DNA of 49,890 nucleotides. It comes from Pyrinomonadaceae bacterium (GTDB lineage Bacteria > Acidobacteriota > Blastocatellia > Pyrinomonadales > Pyrinomonadaceae). The stretch spans positions 1 to 49,890 of the forward strand of contig DASQKG010000103.1 of the NCBI GenBank assembly GCA_035630655.1, written 5' to 3'. Below the pieces are notes generated by a model that worked only from the letters and a program-made list of their open reading frames with translations, was not told where the DNA came from and ran no database searches. How positions within the stretch are numbered: position 1 is the stretch's first letter; each line of letters opens with the position of its first letter. Both the position numbers and the translations under genes were made by a program. Below are positions 42,700 to 49,890 of the stretch, in pieces.

Positions 42700-43167
42700 A
42701 TGCGTTACGATGCGCTCGTGTCTGAGCAAAACAGTAATCTTTTGAATTACATCGGCGCCACGGTCGAGACGTTGCGCGACCAGATCGCGACCATGCGCGA
42801 TCAAATGGCGACGAAGGCGGATTTGGCTGCGCTTAGAGAACAGATGGCGACGAAGGCGGATTTGGCCGCGGTCAAAGACGACGTAGCTGCTATCAGAGAG
42901 CAGATGGCCACCAAGAAAGACCTCGCCCATCTGGAATCAAGGCTGGAATTAAGGATAGATACGAAAACGACCGCAATCCGCGGCGATGTTGAGCAGGTGC
43001 AGCTTCGTCTTGACTCGATCGATCGTGCTTTGTCCGGGCGAATGGGCTTAGTTGAAACCGAAGTTAGTCGCCTGCGCAGCGTTGTCTATTTGCTGGTCAA
43101 GGACAAACCCGACATGCTGCGGCTCCTGGGCCAATCGGGTCTTCACGAACACAGACCACCGAGCTAA
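42700..43167 (+). CDS. Coiled-coil protein with QMATKADLAA repeats (DUF1640-like)
   Basis: Contains repeated (R/D)(E/Q)QMATK(A/K)DLA units. The family call is tentative. Confidence 0.55.
   Translation: MRYDALVSEQNSNLLNYIGATVETLRDQIATMRDQMATKADLAALREQMATKADLAAVKDDVAAIREQMATKKDLAHLESRLELRIDTKTTAIRGDVEQVQLRLDSIDRALSGRMGLVETEVSRLRSVVYLLVKDKPDMLRLLGQSGLHEHRPPS
42802..42879 (+). repeat. Intragenic 39-nt tandem duplication (13-aa unit QMATKADLAA..)
   Basis: atggcgacgaaggcggatttggc(t/c)gcg occurs at 42805-42831 and again at 42844-42870. A degenerate third unit sits at 42901. Confidence 0.85.
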
Positions 43168-43174
43168 ATAGATC

Positions 43175-43262
43175 GTAGGGGTGGCACTACGCGGCCACCC
43201 CTCTCTCGGTTTTACAACGTCGCACTTGCCACGAAGGGGTGGCCACGGAGTGCCACCCCTAC
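43175..43262. repeat. Family G doublet between convergent genes
   Basis: gtaggggtggc-actacgcg-gccacccct and aggggtggc-cacggagt-gccacccctac. These are two 9-bp-stem hairpins with gtag/ctac outer ends. Confidence 0.85.
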
Positions 43263-43291
43263 AATGGTTTACGGTGCCACCTTACAGTGGT

Positions 43292-44416
43292 CTACTCGGT
43301 CGCCGTTGTCTCCAACTCCTCGCGATAAATCCTCTCCGTGTTATCCAGCATTCTCGTAATAGTGAATTTCGATGCGATAGCTTGTTGCGCAGCCCTTCCC
43401 AGCCGGACACGCTTTTCTTTGTCTCCCAACAAATCCAGCATTGCTTCGGCCAGGTCGTCGACGTCACCCACCTGAACCAAGAGGCCAGTTTCATTCGGTT
43501 GAACTAACTCCGTGACACCTCCTGTTGCCGTTGCTACCACTGCCGTCGAGCAAGCCATCGCCTCTGCTATAGCCAAGCCAAACGACTCTGTGTGGGACGC
43601 TGAAACAAAGACATCCAGGCCGCAGTAAAGTTGCGCTATATCGTCCATCCACGGAACGCTTAGAACGCGCTCTTTTAGTTTTAGTCGCAGGATCAGATCT
43701 TCTAACGCCGCTCCATTTGTTTTGTCCGAAGAATTATCAGTGCCTGCAATAACGAAGTATGCATTCGGATGATGTTGAACGACCTGCGCCGCGGCTTTGA
43801 GAAACTCCGCCTGGCCCTTGAGTGGGGTCAGTTCGCCAACCGTGCCGGCGAGTAAACTGTCCTCGGGCAATTCCCAATTGCGAAGAAACTGACTGCGATC
43901 GAATCGGTTTCTAGCAATAGCAAAGCGGGCAGTGTCGACCCCGTTGTGAACAACTGTAATTTTTTCCGGCGCTGCAATATTGCTCTTTGAAAGTTGGGAC
44001 GCAACCGCCTGCGAGACGGCAATAACGCGGGCGGCCCGGCCGAGAGTTATACGGTGAAGCGGGTTCAAAGAAAAAAGAACGTGACGCGTCACGATTAGCT
44101 TCGCGTGAGGATTCTTTCTCGTTGCGTAAGCCGCAAGCGTATAATCGCGGGCCATGTGAGCATGAACTATCTGGATGCCCTTCCCGGTCACCAGTTTTGA
44201 AAGATCGCGTGCACTCTTTGCGTCTAGTGCATTTCGCATGGGTAGCGTCGTTAAGTTTTCTTTACGCAGATTCTTCAGTTCCTGGATCAAAGGGGAGGCT
44301 GGTCTGAGGGCTACAAACACTTCATGGCCACGTTGGGCCATGCCATTGGCGAGGTCCCCCAGATGGCGCTCGCCTCCACCGAGGGATTGGGCTGAACTTA
44401 TGTAGAGAATCTTCAC
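43292..44416 (-). CDS. Glycosyltransferase, GT4 (GT-B fold)
   Basis: N-terminal MKILYIS...GGGERH. The C-terminal E..G....EAMA.....V is the EX7E-type motif region. Confidence 0.85.
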   Translation of the reverse strand: MKILYISSAQSLGGGERHLGDLANGMAQRGHEVFVALRPASPLIQELKNLRKENLTTLPMRNALDAKSARDLSKLVTGKGIQIVHAHMARDYTLAAYATRKNPHAKLIVTRHVLFSLNPLHRITLGRAARVIAVSQAVASQLSKSNIAAPEKITVVHNGVDTARFAIARNRFDRSQFLRNWELPEDSLLAGTVGELTPLKGQAEFLKAAAQVVQHHPNAYFVIAGTDNSSDKTNGAALEDLILRLKLKERVLSVPWMDDIAQLYCGLDVFVSASHTESFGLAIAEAMACSTAVVATATGGVTELVQPNETGLLVQVGDVDDLAEAMLDLLGDKEKRVRLGRAAQQAIASKFTITRMLDNTERIYREELETTATE

Positions 44417-44718
44417 GCGGTTGGTTTCAAACGATGATTGGCTCGAACAGGAACGCTCCGAATGTACAGGACAAAACTCCTTCTTTCCAAATTCACAATG
44501 CCTTAATGACCGTGAGTCGCAGCCCGTTCCTGCGTACCGAAGCGAAACAGGGCCAGTGGGTACTGTTTGCTTACCGCCTATGCGTTCCAGGCAGGCGCGA
44601 GTAAACCCTGAGAAAAGATTACTTATGCCATCGGCACGAGTGTTGCCATTTAATTTAACAGTTGCTCTCCGTACGGCTGAGTTACTACTGGCTCCGAAAA
44701 TTGAAGGAGGATCTTCTG

Positions 44719-45225
44719 ATGGCGAAACCGAACTTAGTAACGGGACTTTTTAAAAATCGTTTGGCGGCTGAAGCTGCTGTCGACGCGATTCTGAAGCGAG
44801 GCTACACGCGCGATGACATAAGCGTATTGATGTCTGACGCAACCCACAACAAGGAGTTTGCATTACAGGCGCGGACCCACGCAGCAGACGGGGCCGGCAT
44901 TGGCGGCGCGCTCGGCGGAGTTGTAGGCGCTGTGCTGGCCGCAATCGTGGCGGTTGGCAGCACGATAATTCTGCCAGGCTTGAATCTGATCATCGCTGGT
45001 CCAATAGCCGCAGCACTAGCCGGTGCTGGGGCGGGGGCTGCCACCGGGGGCGTCATCGGCGCCCTGATTGGCGCCGGCATACCTGAGTACCGGGCGAAAG
45101 TGTACGAAGCTGGGCTGCGCGGCGGGGGTATTCTGTTGGGAGTTGAAGCCAAGACAGATGAGGAAGTGGAAAAACTCGAGGAGCTGTTGGAAGCGATCGG
45201 CGGCGAGCATGTTCGATCGGAATAG
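44719..45225 (+). CDS. Glycine-zipper stress/membrane protein (YflT/general-stress-17M-like N-terminus)
   Basis: ATG 44719 is preceded by gaaggagg. N-terminal FKNRLAAEAAVDAILKRGYTRDDISVL. The central region is Gly/Ala-rich and hydrophobic. The ORF track begins at 44662. Confidence 0.6.
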   Translation: MAKPNLVTGLFKNRLAAEAAVDAILKRGYTRDDISVLMSDATHNKEFALQARTHAADGAGIGGALGGVVGAVLAAIVAVGSTIILPGLNLIIAGPIAAALAGAGAGAATGGVIGALIGAGIPEYRAKVYEAGLRGGGILLGVEAKTDEEVEKLEELLEAIGGEHVRSE

Positions 45226-45252
45226 TTCCCGAGAGAACTTCAGATAGCAAGA

Positions 45253-45289
45253 AGGGCCTACGACGAATGTTTGTCGTAAGCCCTTTTTT
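45253..45289 (+). terminator. Rho-independent terminator (possibly bidirectional)
   Basis: agggcctacgac-gaatgttt-gtcgtaagccct is a 12-bp stem with one mismatch, followed by tttttt. It lies between the convergent 44719-45225 gene and the csbD-like gene. Confidence 0.7.
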
Positions 45290-45305
45290 GCCGCTGAGGT
45301 GAAAA

Positions 45306-45518
45306 CTATTTACCGATTGCGTCTCCAATGTCTTCGATTGCCTCGCCAACTTTGCGACGCGCTTTGCCGAAGCCCTCTTTCACAGTGCCTTCAGTTTTAT
45401 CAGCCTGACCTTCATTCTCGAGATCGCGATCGTTAAGTGCGCGACCTACTGTTTCTTTGGTTGCACCCTTGGCGCGATCAAATTTTCCTTCAAGCTCATC
45501 TCTGTTTGGTAACCCCAT
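45306..45518 (-). CDS. CsbD-family stress protein
   Basis: 70 aa. ELEGKFDRAKGATKETVG...EGQADKTEGTVKE is a typical CsbD repeat pattern. A strong aggagg SD precedes it. Confidence 0.85.
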   Translation of the reverse strand: MGLPNRDELEGKFDRAKGATKETVGRALNDRDLENEGQADKTEGTVKEGFGKARRKVGEAIEDIGDAIGK

Positions 45519-45750
45519 ACTTGCCTCCTTCTGCTCGCTGCTTCCTGGAAATCCACAGACCTGGGCTGACTAGAGCAACCCTCATTCCTCCAGAGCAGGC
45601 GGTGGCAACTTGACCGATTATGGCGAGATATCAACAACGACCCGGCCTCAATCAACACTTTCGGGTTAACGCGAGCGACCGGAATGTACGTTTTCGCAGA
45701 CTTGATTGATTGATCTTGGAACGATCCAAAAATGGCGTGCGATCGGAGGG

Positions 45751-47280
45751 TTAGACGAGATTCAACAACTCTTCAGGAACACCAGTGTTCTTCACAAAGC
45801 GATCATGCTTTTCGCATATCGGTAGTCGGACCTCGAAACGCGTTCCTTCACCCGGCTCACTCACAACTATGATCTCACCTTTATGCCGGGTGATGATTCC
45901 ATGTGACGCCGAAAGGCCGAGACCGCTGCCGAGTTTTCCTTTGGTGGTAAAAAATGGCTCGAAGATTCTTGATGCGGTTTCCGGCGGGATGCCACATCCG
46001 GTATCGGCTACCCAGAAACAGCCACTGTCGATTTCAGCGCGCGCTCCAACTTCCATAACTCCGCCGTCCGGCATTGCATCCACCGCATTGAAGATCAGAT
46101 TCAGTACAACCTCTCTCAATTCAGCTTGTTCTCCCATTACATAAGCGGAACTATTGCATTCGACCTTCACCTCGATCTTTCCCCTTCGGGAGTTGCTTTG
46201 CCATTTGGGACGCGCAATATCGATGCTTGAAGTGATTAGGTAACCCAGTTCGACCGGGCTGAACTCGTTGTCTGAATCACGGCGGGCAAACTCGAGAATG
46301 CGCCGCAAGGTTTTAGTGCCATCTTCGACCGCGTTGTTAATTATTTCAAGGCTCTTGGCAGACGACTCGTCAGTGGCACGCCTCAACAATAATTGTGCCC
46401 GACCTTGAATGACGGTAAGCGAGTTATTCAGATTGTGGGCCACCCCCGCGGCTAGTTCTCCGACGGCCCGCAGTTTGTCAGATTGCGCCATCAACTCATG
46501 CTCACGTTTTCGTTCCGTTACGTCACGTAAGAAAACGAGCACACCGTCAATCTCACCATCCTTCCAGAGTGGCGAGGTATGCGCTTCGGCGTACCGAGTG
46601 GAGCCGTCGATGTGAACCACCCGCACTTCACATTCAGTGTCATTACCGGCCAGGGTACGATTCAAATTTTCCTGTGCAAGCTCTCGACATTCTTCGGAGA
46701 GTATTTCGAGAAAGCTACCACTGGTTGAGATCAGAAGTTTGTATGCCTCGGCGCGCTCATTCATCCACGTAATACGTGACTGAGCATCAAGCGCATAGAT
46801 CTCGTCCGGAGTTCGATCAGCGATGCTCGCAATAAACGATTTATGCGCGAGGGCCTCTGCCTCGGCACGGCGAAGATCGGAAATATCCCGCGCCATCACC
46901 AGAGCCCCGGGTTCGCCAACAACGCCAGCATTAAGCGGCTGCACAATAATGGCTATCGACTTGCTGCCATCGGGGTCTGCCAGGATTTCTACTTCGACTC
47001 TTTCGCCGGTTTCAACCGAACGGTCGACCACACAACTGTCGGCCCCTTCAACATGCCAGAACATGTCGCAACACGGCCGGCCGTTTGATAGCTCACGCGT
47101 CTCCAGTTGTGTTGCAGCGGCGTTTGCTCGGACGAGCTTACGATTGGAGTCAAAAACAAACGCCGCATCAGGGAGAAGATCAAAAGCCTCCACCAGCATT
47201 TGGGCCGGCGCAGGTGTGTGCATCGCTGGCGATTGTTCGAGCAAATCGGTAGACAAACTATTTCCGTGAACTCTTTCCAT
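45751..47280 (-). CDS. PAS-domain sensor histidine kinase (cytoplasmic)
   Basis: PAS modules are followed by H-box GVAHNLNNSL and HATPase motifs DTGCGI and GSGLGLS. No TM segment. Confidence 0.88.
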   Translation of the reverse strand: MERVHGNSLSTDLLEQSPAMHTPAPAQMLVEAFDLLPDAAFVFDSNRKLVRANAAATQLETRELSNGRPCCDMFWHVEGADSCVVDRSVETGERVEVEILADPDGSKSIAIIVQPLNAGVVGEPGALVMARDISDLRRAEAEALAHKSFIASIADRTPDEIYALDAQSRITWMNERAEAYKLLISTSGSFLEILSEECRELAQENLNRTLAGNDTECEVRVVHIDGSTRYAEAHTSPLWKDGEIDGVLVFLRDVTERKREHELMAQSDKLRAVGELAAGVAHNLNNSLTVIQGRAQLLLRRATDESSAKSLEIINNAVEDGTKTLRRILEFARRDSDNEFSPVELGYLITSSIDIARPKWQSNSRRGKIEVKVECNSSAYVMGEQAELREVVLNLIFNAVDAMPDGGVMEVGARAEIDSGCFWVADTGCGIPPETASRIFEPFFTTKGKLGSGLGLSASHGIITRHKGEIIVVSEPGEGTRFEVRLPICEKHDRFVKNTGVPEELLNLV

Positions 47281-47480
47281 TCAAATTTATGGGGGCTACT
47301 TCGTGAAGACTGTCAGGCAGGCCCGTTATCGGGCTCCGGCATAGTAGCAAATTTGCTAAGAGCCGCACCAGAGAATTGTGTTTCTCTTAACAAATTGGGC
47401 GCTCTTCGGGAGTCAAAGGAAATTGGAAGAGTGGCCACTTTGATGCAAGTGGGCTCTCCCGGTATGATTCGGACACACCA

Positions 47481-48362
47481 ATGACTGTGAATACTGGAAC
47501 CGAGATCGATGGAAAACTGTCATTAGACCTCAAAGCCTATGTGGAAAGGGCTCTTGAGGAAGATATTGCGACGGGTGACGTCACGACCGGTTCTATTGTT
47601 TCGCCACAGTCTGAGATTGCAAGCCGGCTGGTTGCAAAACAGGCGGGCATTGTAGCTGGCATCGAGGTGGCCGCAACGGCCTTTAGCCTTTTGGACCAGA
47701 ATATACAATTCACCGCCATGGTCGCCGAAGGTTCGAGCGTTGAAACAGGAACCGTTGTTGCCGAAGTGACTGGCTCGGCGCAGGCTATCTTTACTGCCGA
47801 ACGGACCGCACTTAATTTCCTCGGAAGAATGTCGGGAATCGCCACTTTAACGGGCAGGTTTGTCGAGGCAATCGCCGGTACGCAAGCAAAGATTCTTGAT
47901 ACGCGCAAGACAGCGCCTGGACTTCGCGCTCTCGACAAACTCGCAGTGAAATACGGTGGCGGCTACAATCACCGGCACGGTCTATACGACATGGTCCTGA
48001 TTAAGGACAATCACATCGACTACGCAGGCGGTATAGCTGAGGCTCTTAGCCGCGTGCGTGCCTCAGGAACTCCCCTTGAAATCGAAGTGGAAGTCAGAAA
48101 CCTGCAGGAATTGGGACTAGCTATCGAATTGGGTGTGAAGCGCATCCTATTGGACAATATGAGCGCAGAGACGATGATGAAAGCCGTTGAGATAAACGCT
48201 CGCCGCGCCAAGCTGGAAGCGTCGGGAAACGTCACACTTGAAAACGTCCGAAACATCGCCGAAACCGGAGTCGACTACATTTCGATCGGCGAGCTGACAC
48301 ACTCGGCCAAAGTTTTTGACGTCAGTTTGAAATTGAAGTCAGAACCGGAAGAAGTTAGTTAA
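47481..48362 (+). CDS. nadC: Nicotinate-nucleotide pyrophosphorylase (quinolinate phosphoribosyltransferase)
   Basis: ERTALNFL..MSGIAT, LDTRKT.PGLR and KYGGG.NHR.GL.D..LIKDNH are present. Confidence 0.92.
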   Translation: MTVNTGTEIDGKLSLDLKAYVERALEEDIATGDVTTGSIVSPQSEIASRLVAKQAGIVAGIEVAATAFSLLDQNIQFTAMVAEGSSVETGTVVAEVTGSAQAIFTAERTALNFLGRMSGIATLTGRFVEAIAGTQAKILDTRKTAPGLRALDKLAVKYGGGYNHRHGLYDMVLIKDNHIDYAGGIAEALSRVRASGTPLEIEVEVRNLQELGLAIELGVKRILLDNMSAETMMKAVEINARRAKLEASGNVTLENVRNIAETGVDYISIGELTHSAKVFDVSLKLKSEPEEVS

Positions 48363-48368
48363 CGACAG

Positions 48369-49415
48369 ATGATTGCTGAAACCGATCCACAGAAGATGTA
48401 TAGGGCGATGCAGGCAAAGCTGGCCGGCGTCGTGCCGGACTTCGAGTTGAAGATCAAGTCTGAGTTTGCCGCCGAGATCAATCGACTAAAGGTTGAAAGG
48501 AATGCCGTAATCCTTGGCCACAACTATATGGAACCTGCGCTGTTTCATTCAATTCCGGATTTTGTGGGCGACTCGCTGGAACTCGCGCGAAGGGCGGCGC
48601 AGACAGATAAAGATGTGATCGTTTTCTGCGGCGTAAAGTTTATGGCAGAGACGGCGAAAATTCTCAATCCGACAAAAACAGTTCTGCTGCCATCCGAAAA
48701 GGCCGGCTGCTCCCTCGCCGAGAGCATCACCGCCGAGGACGTGCGCGAGTTGAGAAGAAGATTCCCAGGCGTGCCTGTAGTCACTTACGTTAATACTTAC
48801 GCTGACGTAAAAGCCGAGTCCGACATCTGTTGCACGTCAGGCAATGCTGTGGCCGTCGTAGAGTCGTTGAAGACAGGGACCGTGATATTCATTCCTGACG
48901 AATACCTGGCAAGGAATATTGCGAAACAAACCGGCAAGCGCATCATTTTCCCCACATCTGATCCCCGTAAGAAGTTTGAGGACGACCTGGATTACCAGAT
49001 GATCGGATGGCCAGGTCGCTGCGAAGTGCATGATAAGTTTACTGTCGAAGATATAGTTGCCGTCAGAAAGCAATTCCCTGATGTCACTATTCTCGCCCAT
49101 CCGGAATGCAGTCCAGAGGTAGTGGCGGCTTCAGACTTTTCTGGCAGCACGACCGCGATGATCAGGCATGTAGAAAACACTTCTTCTGCACGTTACCTGT
49201 TGCTCACCGAGTGTTCCATGGGTGATAACGTCGCGGCCGCGAATCCTGACAAAGAGATGCTTCGCCTTTGCAGCGTTCGGTGCCCTCACATGAATCAGAT
49301 CACGCTGGAAGACACACTGGAATCGCTGAGGAAGAATCAGTATGTGATTGAGATCCCTCAAGAGATTTTGAAACGAGCAGCTAGATCAGTTGAAAGAATG
49401 ATAGCCATCGGCTGA
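48369..49415 (+). CDS. nadA: Quinolinate synthase
   Basis: ILGHNYM, FCGVKFMAETAKIL, TYVN and HPEC patterns are typical of NadA. It lies 6 nt after nadC. Confidence 0.92.
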   Translation: MIAETDPQKMYRAMQAKLAGVVPDFELKIKSEFAAEINRLKVERNAVILGHNYMEPALFHSIPDFVGDSLELARRAAQTDKDVIVFCGVKFMAETAKILNPTKTVLLPSEKAGCSLAESITAEDVRELRRRFPGVPVVTYVNTYADVKAESDICCTSGNAVAVVESLKTGTVIFIPDEYLARNIAKQTGKRIIFPTSDPRKKFEDDLDYQMIGWPGRCEVHDKFTVEDIVAVRKQFPDVTILAHPECSPEVVAASDFSGSTTAMIRHVENTSSARYLLLTECSMGDNVAAANPDKEMLRLCSVRCPHMNQITLEDTLESLRKNQYVIEIPQEILKRAARSVERMIAIG

Positions 49416-49439
49416 CTTCTCCATGAAGGAACAATCCCT

Positions 49440-49890
49440 TTGAACAGAACCGATGTCCTAATCATCGGTTGTGGCATAGCCGGCGCAACTACTGCCCTTC
49501 GACTTGCCCGCAATCCTCGCCGTCTCATCACAGTTGTCACGCGCGCGCGCGATCAACGCGAATCGAATACGCTATATGCGCAGGGCGGAATTGTAGCCCG
49601 CGGGATTGATGACCACGCCGAACTGCTGATGGGTGATATCATTGGCGCCGGCGCTGATGGCACGTCACCGGATGCCGCCAGGATCCTTGCGCAAGAAGGC
49701 CCAGAACTCCTCCACGAAATATTAGAAGAGACAGCCGGGGTAAGCTTTGATCGTGACACGGCAGGTAACCCGCTTTTCACGAGGGAGGCAGCCCATTCCC
49801 GCCGCCGAATCCTTCATGTGAGCGACGGCACCGGCAAGGCGATCATGGATGGTCTGATCTCAGCTTTGCGGAATTGTCCAAACGTCACAA
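49440..49890 (+). CDS. nadB: L-aspartate oxidase (3' end cut by window edge)
   Basis: Absent from the ORF track because it runs off the window. Hand translation from TTG 49440 gives MNRTDVLIIGCGIAGATTAL...ESNTLYAQGGIVA...FTREAAHSRRRILH with no stop up to 49890. Confidence 0.85.
   Translation, partial: MNRTDVLIIGCGIAGATTALRLARNPRRLITVVTRARDQRESNTLYAQGGIVARGIDDHAELLMGDIIGAGADGTSPDAARILAQEGPELLHEILEETAGVSFDRDTAGNPLFTREAAHSRRRILHVSDGTGKAIMDGLISALRNCPNVT

Noticed and set aside
47281-47480. NAD+ riboswitch (nadA motif, reported from Acidobacteria) in the 200-nt leader of nadC-nadA-nadB
   Set aside because: I could not find the tandem-domain pattern or the conserved C-rich/CAAC-type blocks I recall. 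Only generic small hairpins are present (gcccg-ttat-cgggc, ccactt..aagtgg). A covariance-model scan with the Rfam nadA model would settle it.
1-49890. The many short palindromic repeats as a CRISPR array
   Set aside because: The repeats are not regularly spaced direct repeats with unique spacers. They are inverted, scattered over separate intergenic gaps, and no cas genes are present.
1-49890. tRNA, rRNA, tmRNA, transposase or integrase genes
   Set aside because: Scanning the intergenic regions by eye found no T-arm-like GGTTCGAAT or cloverleaf candidates. No ORF has transposase or integrase motifs. The repeat elements therefore appear non-autonomous within this window.

Overview
49.9-kb chromosomal segment, most consistent with an Acidobacteriota genome. 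This rests on a pair of signal-peptide VWA proteins of the acidobacterial VWFA type, two Hanks kinase-TPR fusions, a very large PAS/GAF hybrid kinase, and mid-50s % GC judged by eye. I call 44 protein-coding genes. They include xseA-xseB-ispA, a Ser/Thr kinase coupled to a PPP phosphatase, and a cysM-mec operon whose third gene fuses CysO to MoeZ. They also include oligopeptidase B, glutaredoxin, a rhodanese, a tightly packed operon of uncharacterised redox-like proteins, a type III PKS next to a YhhN membrane protein, a DUF1015-serA-SDR-serC cluster, rluD, small stress genes and nadC-nadA-nadB. I found no tRNA, rRNA, CRISPR array, transposase or integrase. The most unusual property is non-coding. 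Nearly every intergenic gap above about 80 nt holds structured palindromic (REPIN/BIME-like) elements. By my count there are at least nine sequence-unrelated families covering roughly 2 kb. Some are nested inside inverted arrays of tandem heptamers, one family shows compensatory stem changes between copies, and several overlap stop codons. The best coding-level lead is the in-frame fusion of a CysO-like sulfur carrier, with an internal Gly-Gly, to its own E1/rhodanese activator beside a JAMM peptidase. All functional calls come from motif recognition by eye. No database search was run.
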